Notes under the pieces: model-generated
Database searches by the model: none
What the model was told of the DNA's origin: nothing
Seen by the model: only the letters and a program-made list of their open reading frames with translations
Assembly (NCBI GenBank): GCA_964539125.1
Contig: CAZIIB010000001.1
Span: forward strand, 1 to 42,800
DNA length: 42,800 nt
Origin: an uncultured Thermoanaerobaculia bacterium
GTDB lineage: Bacteria; Acidobacteriota; Thermoanaerobaculia; Multivoradales; DATKCC01
Reading direction: 5' to 3'
Part shown: piece by piece, positions 9,732 through 16,855 of the stretch
Position numbering within the stretch: position 1 is the first letter of the stretch
Layout of the letters: every line of letters begins with the position of its first letter
Program-made: the position numbers and the translations under genes

Positions 9732-11654
9732 TCAGTCGTGGCGTAGGAAGACGTCGGTGGCGAGGCGCCGGCCACCGGAGGCGAGCCAGACCTTGGTCGC
9801 GTACCGGAAGCGGTTGCCGAACCGGTCCCGGCGGCGGGACGCGAAGTAGTCGAGCTCGATGGCGGCGATTCCGGCGTCGGGGAGGGATTCGAGCTCGCCC
9901 GCGTCCGTGATCCCGTCGTGATCCCGGTCGAGCCAGAGGCGCAAGGAAGGGAAGACGGCGTCGGCGGCGCTGATCAAGCCGTCCCCGTTGCCGCCCTGGT
10001 CGATGCGGTCGAAGACGGCCAGGGCGAGAAACCCGTTGGGCTCGTCGGATGGCGGCTGGTCGGTCTTGTCGCCGAACAGCTCGCCGCCGTCGTCGATCGC
10101 CCCGTTGCCGTTCCGGTCGAGGGCGAGCCAGGCGTCGTCCCCGTCGCCGGTGGTCCAGGAGACCCGGTCCGTGGAACCGTCGGCGTCCAGGTCGAAGGCG
10201 ACGCCGCCCGCGAGGTCGGTGAGGGTGAAGCCACCCGCTCCGGTCTCGAGGAGCACCGGGCAGCCGTCGATGTCGCAGCCGGGCTGGGGCTTCGGTTCGC
10301 AGAGGCAGGTGCGGGTGAGGCTCGAGGAGTCCGTCTGGCCGCACCGGACGGTACATAGCCCGAACAGCACCTGGTAGTTCGTAACCGTTCGAACCCAGTA
10401 GCGGGTCAGGGAGTCGTGGGAGACGGCCGGACGGGTGAAGAAGGGCGGGCAGGTGATGCCGGGGAAGCAGATCAGGTACCCGCTGTTGACACACCCACCG
10501 ACGCCGTGCAGCGCTCCGTTGCCCTCGCCCAGGTCCCGGCCGTCCTCGGCCTTGCAGTGGAAGTCCCAGGACTCATCGACGTGCCATCCCGCCGACAGGT
10601 TGCAGATCTGGCTCTCGGTCGTGGTCGAGTTGGCGATGGTCTGGCCGCCGCAGTCGCAGTTGAGCGTTCCGGGATCGCCGGCGACCCGAGGCCGGACCGA
10701 GTCCGAGGAGTGGCGAGCTTCACCGCCCGGATGGGTCGCCGGCGCCCCGGGTAGCTCGTCGGGGATGTTCTCGAGCCGCGCGGCGAGGTCGTCGTGCACC
10801 CAACCGGCGAGGTCCTGGAGGGCGCGTACCGCCTGGTCGGGCTGGTCGGCCGCTTGGCGGAGGACCGGCTCGAGGTTGGCGTAGAGGTTGTGGCGTACCG
10901 CCTGGGCCGAGGCGGGAAGCCCGGGCGCCTCGGCGGCGAGCTCGCGATCGATCGCTCGGAGGGCGTCGAGGGCGTGACCCAGCGCGTCCGGGCCCTCGCC
11001 GGCCGCGGAGATGGCGTCATCGATGCGTACCGACCAGTCGGCGAGCTCCTCGGCGGCGGCGGCTCGGGCGCCCAGGATCTCGCGGGCGAGCCCGGGGGAC
11101 CCCGTGAAGGAGGTGTCGGCATAGATCGCCACCGGTACCGACAGGACGAGTCGCCCGACCTCCGCCGCCGTCGCCTTCGTCGGCATGGAGATGCCGAGCT
11201 CCGCGCTCTCGATCTGGTACGGATGGAGGAGCCCCTGTCGATGGGTGCGGGTCACGAAGCCCTTCGCCTCGAGCCGGTTGGCGCCTCCCGCTTCCGAGAG
11301 AAACGACCAATCGTCGGTCTTGCGGGTCACGCCCATGGTCTTCCCCGAGGTCGAGACCGTGGCCACTTGGACGGCCCAGGCCGAGACCTTCCGGTCGCCG
11401 TCGAGCTGGAGCGTGGCGTTGATCCTGCCGTTCTCCGGGTCCCACCTCAGGCCGATGAGCTCGAAAGGCGAGCCGGCGGCGTCGAAAACGAGCCGGAGTG
11501 GCGCGAGATTCTCCCGCGGCAGGGCGAAGAAGCCATCGGGCGAGCGCTCGAGCTCCATGCCGGGGCTCCTGGCCTCCTGGGCCGCGGCGGCCGGGGCAGA
11601 GAGAGTGGGGCCGACGAACAGCAGAGCCGCGAGAACGATGATTCCATGGCGCAC
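9732..11654 (-). CDS. Secreted hypothetical protein: N-terminal beta/helical region, Cys-rich module, C-terminal EF-hand-like Ca-binding repeats
   Basis: Preferred start is the GTG at 11654, with GGAGG 7 nt upstream, giving the signal peptide VRHGIIVLAALLFVGPTLSAPAAAAQEA. In-frame alternatives are 11672 and 11693. I count 13 Cys in about 135 aa (about 10255-10661). There are four DxDxDG-type loops (DLDADGSTD, DRNGNGAID, DQGGNGDGLIS, DRDHDGITD) at about 9740-10250. Confidence 0.75.
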   Translation of the reverse strand: MRHGIIVLAALLFVGPTLSAPAAAAQEARSPGMELERSPDGFFALPRENLAPLRLVFDAAGSPFELIGLRWDPENGRINATLQLDGDRKVSAWAVQVATVSTSGKTMGVTRKTDDWSFLSEAGGANRLEAKGFVTRTHRQGLLHPYQIESAELGISMPTKATAAEVGRLVLSVPVAIYADTSFTGSPGLAREILGARAAAAEELADWSVRIDDAISAAGEGPDALGHALDALRAIDRELAAEAPGLPASAQAVRHNLYANLEPVLRQAADQPDQAVRALQDLAGWVHDDLAARLENIPDELPGAPATHPGGEARHSSDSVRPRVAGDPGTLNCDCGGQTIANSTTTESQICNLSAGWHVDESWDFHCKAEDGRDLGEGNGALHGVGGCVNSGYLICFPGITCPPFFTRPAVSHDSLTRYWVRTVTNYQVLFGLCTVRCGQTDSSSLTRTCLCEPKPQPGCDIDGCPVLLETGAGGFTLTDLAGGVAFDLDADGSTDRVSWTTGDGDDAWLALDRNGNGAIDDGGELFGDKTDQPPSDEPNGFLALAVFDRIDQGGNGDGLISAADAVFPSLRLWLDRDHDGITDAGELESLPDAGIAAIELDYFASRRRDRFGNRFRYATKVWLASGGRRLATDVFLRHD

Positions 11655-11843
11655 GTTGTTTCCTCCTTCCATAACAATATACTGCACGGGCACTATCCCG
11701 GTGCCGGAAACCGCCGGGCGACGGGGCGTCCACCGCGCCGTCCGCGGGCTTCGATTCGGGGTTCAAGAAACCATAGTACAGATATCCAGCAATGTCGGGA
11801 CAGTTGCTGAAGCCTCGCCCGCAGCCTTCGATAGAGTCAGCCG

Positions 11844-13457
11844 ATGGAGCGGGCGCCTCATGCCGATCGCGTCGCCGAGCTGGTCGAAGCGCTCGGCACG
11901 CCCGTCGTCCAGGTCTGGGGCTGGCCGGGAAGCGGCGTGGGGGCGGTTCTCGACGCTCTCCTCGATCGTTTGGGCGAGAGCGCGCGCGGCGTCTCGCCGG
12001 CAGACCTTTCGGAGACCGGCAGATGGACGGTCCTCCTGTCGCAAGCCCTCGACGGCGGCGCCCGTTGGCTGATCTGCCCCGCTTCGCTCGCGGGCCGGAC
12101 CGGAGCCGACCTGCTGCGCGAGAGGGTGCGGGAGCTGCCCGCGGGAGTCCGTCTGGTGCTCGGGACCTCGTCGCGGTTCGAGATCCCCATCGTCGATGGC
12201 GGTCTCGTCACACCCCGGGAGCTGGCGTTGGTCCCGGTCGAGGTCGGCTCCCTGTGGCGCGAGGCGGCGCGGGAGGAGCTTTCCCCCGACCGAGCGGCGG
12301 TGCTGGCCTCCGCCACCGACGGATGGTTCCGGCCGCTCCTCCTGGCGGCGGCGGCCACCCGCCGCGGTGCAACCCTCCTCAGCGACCCGGAACCGCTCGC
12401 GGCGGAAAGCCTCGTGGCGCTCGCTCCCGTGGCGGACTTTCTCCGTCACGAGGTGCTCTCGGAGCTCTCTGGCGCCGAGCGCGACGCCCTCGTCTGGCCC
12501 CGTCGGGCGGCCGAGGGGGTGGTCGCCCGCCTGCGCGACACCGTCGGGCTACTGCTCGACGACGAGGGTGAGCTGCGGCCGCCCAAGCTCGTCCGCGCTC
12601 TTCTCGCCCGCGAGGGGGCTGGCTCGCGCGCCGTCGTGCAGGTGCCGGGCGACGCCCCCGAGCCCCTTCCGGTTGCCGACGTCCGGGTGCGACTCCGGTT
12701 CCTGGGGCGGCCGGAAGCCTGGCGACGTCAGCCCGACGGCTCCTGGAGGCGCCTCCACTGGCCCCTCAAGCGCGCCTTTCGGGCCCTGGCGTACCTGGCG
12801 ACCTCGGCCGAGCGGCGGGCGGCACGCGAGGACCTGATCGAAGCCCTCTGGCCGGAGGAGAGCGCCGAGACCATTCGCCGCAACTTCCACCCCACGCTGA
12901 GCCACTTGCGCCGCGGCCTGCGCCCGGCGTCGGCGGCGGAGCGGGAGGTGGCGCCGCTCCTCCTCGAGGACGGCGTCTACCGGCTCAACCCGGGGCTTGG
13001 CTGGTGGATCGACGTGGAGGAGGTCGCGCGCTGGACGGAGGAAGCGGCGCTCCACGTCGCGGAGGGACGGGACGACGCGGCGATCGCCGCCTGGGAGGCC
13101 GCCTGGCGTCTGTTCCGGGGTGAGCTCCTGGAGGGCCTGTACGACCCCTGGCTGGTCGATCGGAGGGAGGATCTGACGCGGCGCCACCTCGCCCTGCTCC
13201 GCGGCCTGGGCTCGGCCTACGAGCGGCGCGGCTCCCTCGGGCAGGCGACGGACGCCTATCGCGCCGCCCTGATGGAAGACCCGCTCCAGGAGCGCATCCA
13301 CGCAGCCCTCATGCGGCTCTACGCCCGGCGCGGGCGCCGCGACCTGGTGCGCCGCCAGTACGAGCGGCTGAGCGCCCTGCTGCGCGAAGAGCTTGGCGTC
13401 GAGCCGTTGCCCGAGACCACGGACGAGTATCACCGGCTGATGATGGTGCGCGGTTGA
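11844..13457 (+). CDS. SARP/BTAD-family transcriptional regulator with N-terminal degenerate STAND(MalT-like) NTPase-like domain
   Basis: The C-terminal half has an OmpR/SARP winged helix (RFLGRPEAW..., REDLIEALWPEE, LSHLRRGL). It also has BTAD helices (LFRGELLEG..., YRAALMEDPLQERIHAALMRLYARRGRRDLVRRQYERLSALLREELGVEP). The N-terminus has a Walker-A-like GWPGSGVGA at 11919-11945 that lacks the Lys. Confidence 0.8.
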   Translation: MERAPHADRVAELVEALGTPVVQVWGWPGSGVGAVLDALLDRLGESARGVSPADLSETGRWTVLLSQALDGGARWLICPASLAGRTGADLLRERVRELPAGVRLVLGTSSRFEIPIVDGGLVTPRELALVPVEVGSLWREAAREELSPDRAAVLASATDGWFRPLLLAAAATRRGATLLSDPEPLAAESLVALAPVADFLRHEVLSELSGAERDALVWPRRAAEGVVARLRDTVGLLLDDEGELRPPKLVRALLAREGAGSRAVVQVPGDAPEPLPVADVRVRLRFLGRPEAWRRQPDGSWRRLHWPLKRAFRALAYLATSAERRAAREDLIEALWPEESAETIRRNFHPTLSHLRRGLRPASAAEREVAPLLLEDGVYRLNPGLGWWIDVEEVARWTEEAALHVAEGRDDAAIAAWEAAWRLFRGELLEGLYDPWLVDRREDLTRRHLALLRGLGSAYERRGSLGQATDAYRAALMEDPLQERIHAALMRLYARRGRRDLVRRQYERLSALLREELGVEPLPETTDEYHRLMMVRG

Positions 13458-13524
13458 CTCGAAAGCTCGGAGCCCTGCGATCGGGTCCGCTGGAGGCGCC
13501 GGCGCTGGTACCATCCGGGCGCTC

Positions 13525-14982
13525 ATGATTCCTGTCGGCGCCCCTTCGTCCACCCGACCCCGGCGCGTCGCCCGCCTCTCCTCGAGCGGAGACGGCGGCG
13601 CCCGGCCCCGGGCCGGGATCCGGGCTCTGGCGGGTCTCGTCCTGGTCGCCCTGGCCGCCGGCGGCTGTCGCGGCGAGCGGTTCGACGGCCGGCTCCGCGA
13701 CCCGGTGATCCTGGTGACGATCGACACCTTGCGCGCCGACCACCTGGGCGCCTACGGCTACCCCCGTCCGACCTCCCCGTTCCTCGACGAGCTCGCCCGG
13801 CGTGGCGTGGTCTTCGACCGAGCGGTCTCCGCTTGCTCGCACACGGCCCCGTCCCACGCCTCGATCATGACCTCCCTCCAGCCCCTCCAGCACGGGCTGC
13901 TCAAGAACGGCCAGGCCCTCGACCCTTCGCTGTACACCCTCGCCGAGATGTTCCGGGACGCCGGCTACGACACCGCCGCCTTCACCAGCGTCGGGTTTCT
14001 CGGCGAGCTCGCGCCGGGATTCGACGTCATGGACGCCCGCTGGCGCTCGGGGGACCGGACGGTCGCACGGGCCCTGGCGTGGCTCCGGAAGCGATCGGAA
14101 GGCGCCGGGGCCCGCGGCCGGCCCTTCTTCCTCTGGGTCCACCTCTACGACGTCCACCAGCTCCCGGGGCCGCGCGCTGCCCTGCGCCCCGACGAGGCCG
14201 CCCTCGAGTCGTGGAGCGACGAGGAGCGGGAGCGGTTCTTGACCGGCCTCACGACTCTGCGCGGCGTCGACCCGGGCTTCTATCCCGACCGGCGAACCAT
14301 GATCGACCGCTACACGCAATACGACGCCGGCGTCCGGTTCGACGACCGCCAGGTCCGCCGCCTCTACGAGCGGGTGGAGACGGCGAATCCCCAGGCGATC
14401 TGGATCGTGACCTCGGACCACGGCGAGGGTCTGGGCGAGCACGACTACGACGAGCACGGCAAGTACATCTACGAGGAGCAGCTACACGTTCCCCTCATCG
14501 TCGTCGGCGGGCCGGGCAGCCCCCGGCGGATCGATCGCCTGGTGCGGTTGATCGACATCTACCCGACCCTCGCCGGGTGGCTCGGAGCGCCGGCGAAGAG
14601 CGGAGGGCCGCCGCTCCAGGGCTACCCGCTGTTCTCGCCGCGGGCGGTGGAGCGAGACCTGCCGCCGCGGCTGGCCTTCGCCGAGCGTCGCCCCAAGGAC
14701 GGTGCCCGGCACCGCCTGAGCTGGGAGCCCGGCGACGTCTACTCCCTGGAGAGCCTGGCGCTCAAGTACATCTTTCACAGCCAGGGCCGCGACGAGCTGT
14801 ACGATCTGCGATCCGACCCGCTGGAGCTCCACAACTTGATCGACGAGCCCTCGAAAGCCGGCAAGGCGATGCGCAAGCGACTCCTCGGCTACGTCCGGGC
14901 CCTCGCCGACGGCGCCCTCGGCCCGGCCGCCGACGAGTCGGCGAAGCACGCCGCGGAGCTCGAAGCGCTGGGGTATCTCTGA
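13525..14982 (+). CDS. Alkaline-phosphatase-superfamily 'sulfatase-like' hydrolase/transferase, secreted or lipoprotein, Thr at the nucleophile position
   Basis: PF00884-type N-terminal motif ILVTIDTLRADHLGAYGY. At the FGly position it has T-A-P-S-H-ASIMTS (Thr codon 13843-13845) instead of C/S-x-P-x-R. Signal/lipobox LAAGGC. Confidence 0.85.
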   Translation: MIPVGAPSSTRPRRVARLSSSGDGGARPRAGIRALAGLVLVALAAGGCRGERFDGRLRDPVILVTIDTLRADHLGAYGYPRPTSPFLDELARRGVVFDRAVSACSHTAPSHASIMTSLQPLQHGLLKNGQALDPSLYTLAEMFRDAGYDTAAFTSVGFLGELAPGFDVMDARWRSGDRTVARALAWLRKRSEGAGARGRPFFLWVHLYDVHQLPGPRAALRPDEAALESWSDEERERFLTGLTTLRGVDPGFYPDRRTMIDRYTQYDAGVRFDDRQVRRLYERVETANPQAIWIVTSDHGEGLGEHDYDEHGKYIYEEQLHVPLIVVGGPGSPRRIDRLVRLIDIYPTLAGWLGAPAKSGGPPLQGYPLFSPRAVERDLPPRLAFAERRPKDGARHRLSWEPGDVYSLESLALKYIFHSQGRDELYDLRSDPLELHNLIDEPSKAGKAMRKRLLGYVRALADGALGPAADESAKHAAELEALGYL

Positions 14983-14998
14983 TCCGTCCGCGAGCGGG

Positions 14999-16855
14999 CT
15001 AGCCGCCGATGTAGCCCAGAGCCCGGAGCTGCTTCTCGAGCTCGGGGTCGAGGTCTTCGGGGACCCGTGGGGCCTCCGGCCCCTGGGCGTCCTCGACGAT
15101 CCGCGCGACGATGGAGCGCATCCGCTGTAGCACGTCCGGGTGCCGCTGCTGGACGTCCACCTCCTCATCGGGGTCCTGCCGGAGGTCATAGAGCGCCTCC
15201 CAGCCCGGGGCGTCGTCGTGGTCCGGGCGCCTCGGGGTCGCCACCAAGTACTTGAACCTGTCGGTTCGCAGGCCCTTGACCTCGATCGGCCCCCAATAGA
15301 CGTCCTCGGAGAAGGCGGGTGCGGGCGGCAACCGTCCGCCGGCGAGGAGCGGCCGGAGCGAGCGCGCCTGGATCGGGTGGTCCAGCTTCACGCCCAGGAG
15401 GTCGAGGATCGTGGGGTAGAGGTCGAAGAGACGCACCTGCTGGCGAACGACCGCGCCCGGCCCGAGCTCGAGGCCCAGCGCCTTGCGCATCGCCTCCGGC
15501 ACGTGGACGATGAGCGGGACCCGCGTCTGCCGGTCGAACATGGCGTGGCCGTGGCCCCAGCCGGAGCGTTCCCAGAGGTCCTCGCCGTGATCGCTCATGA
15601 CGATCAACAGGGTCCGCGCCAGGAGACCCTCCTCCCGGAGCCTCGAGACGAGGAGGCCGACCTGGTGGTCGGTGTAGTGGATCCCGGAGTCGTAGAGCGC
15701 CCGGACGTACTCCTTCTCGCCGTCGGTCAGGTCGCCGCCCAGCTTGCGGAGGACCGCCCGCGAGAAGACCGGCCCCACGCGCCCGGGATCGAGGCCTCCG
15801 GCGAGGTCGGAGTGCTCGTAGGGATCGTGGATCTCGTAGGTGTGAAGGAAGAGGAAGTGCTTGCGGCTGCGATCGCGACGGAGCTCGCGCACGACCATGT
15901 CGATCGAGCGCGGCCAGCGTGCGATGCGGTGCATCTCGAAGCCTCGCGAGAACCCGAACCGATAGGCGAGCTGGGCACCGCCCGTGATCGCCGCCGTGCG
16001 GTAGCCCGCCCGCCAGAGCATCTCGGCCAGGGGCGCCGACGAGAGCCCGCCGCGGCTCAACGGGTAGAGGCCGGTGAAGAGCGCGTGGTGCGCCGGCCGC
16101 GTCCAGGAGGACTGGCTGACGGTCACCGCGAAGCGGATCGAGCGGCGGGCGAGGGCGTCGAGGCTGGGGCTGGTCGGTCGGTCGTACCCGTAGCACCCCA
16201 GGTGGTCCGGCCGCAGGGTGTCGAGCGAGATCAGGACGACGTTCCAGCCGTCCTGGACCCGGCCCCGGTCGAGCCCCTCGGGCGCGGCCCAGGCGGCCCA
16301 GACCGGCGGCCCCGGGGTCGCGGCCTCGGTTTCGAGCTCGATGCGGACCGTCCGGCCCGCCCACCGCGCCAGCGAGACCTGCCGGTCGAGCCACTCACCG
16401 TCGGGTGCGACCCGGACGCTCTCGTCCAGGACGTCCTCCGCCTCGCCGCCGGAGGGGGTGACGCCGATCCGGAAGCGGAGGGTGGTCTCCCGCTGCGCCG
16501 GCTCGGTCAGGTATCCGAGGGCCACCTGGAGCACGGGGTCGCCCTCCGGGATCGCGACCGGGAACCGGTAGCGGCTGGGCGTGGGAGCGAGCAGGGCGGC
16601 CCGGGAGTCCCGCCCCAGCTCTCCCTGGTGCATGATGACCCGCCCTACCCGGCCGGGAGTCGGGATCGACCCGATCTCGGCGCCGGCGACCTGCGCGGGC
16701 ACACGCGGCGCCGGAGAGGGCCATGCGACGACGGCCCTCGCACCCGCGTCGAGGAGCCGGCTCGGCGGGACGGGCGGGCTCTCCGACCGGAAACAGCCGC
16801 CGGCCAGGGACCCGGCCAGGAGGAGGACGAGCCCGACCTCGGTTCCTCCTCTCAT
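14999..16855 (-). CDS. Alkaline-phosphatase-superfamily 'sulfatase-like' hydrolase/transferase with ~200-aa N-terminal beta-rich domain; probable lipoprotein
   Basis: The internal ATG at 16855 gives MRGGTEVGLVLLLAGSLAGGC (signal/lipobox). The rest of the 1203-aa track ORF upstream is Arg/Pro junk. Motifs VVLISLDTLRPDHLGCYGY and W-T-R-P-A-H-HALFTG (Thr codon 16100-16102). The ATG overlaps the upstream stop as ATGA. Confidence 0.85.
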   Translation of the reverse strand: MRGGTEVGLVLLLAGSLAGGCFRSESPPVPPSRLLDAGARAVVAWPSPAPRVPAQVAGAEIGSIPTPGRVGRVIMHQGELGRDSRAALLAPTPSRYRFPVAIPEGDPVLQVALGYLTEPAQRETTLRFRIGVTPSGGEAEDVLDESVRVAPDGEWLDRQVSLARWAGRTVRIELETEAATPGPPVWAAWAAPEGLDRGRVQDGWNVVLISLDTLRPDHLGCYGYDRPTSPSLDALARRSIRFAVTVSQSSWTRPAHHALFTGLYPLSRGGLSSAPLAEMLWRAGYRTAAITGGAQLAYRFGFSRGFEMHRIARWPRSIDMVVRELRRDRSRKHFLFLHTYEIHDPYEHSDLAGGLDPGRVGPVFSRAVLRKLGGDLTDGEKEYVRALYDSGIHYTDHQVGLLVSRLREEGLLARTLLIVMSDHGEDLWERSGWGHGHAMFDRQTRVPLIVHVPEAMRKALGLELGPGAVVRQQVRLFDLYPTILDLLGVKLDHPIQARSLRPLLAGGRLPPAPAFSEDVYWGPIEVKGLRTDRFKYLVATPRRPDHDDAPGWEALYDLRQDPDEEVDVQQRHPDVLQRMRSIVARIVEDAQGPEAPRVPEDLDPELEKQLRALGYIGG

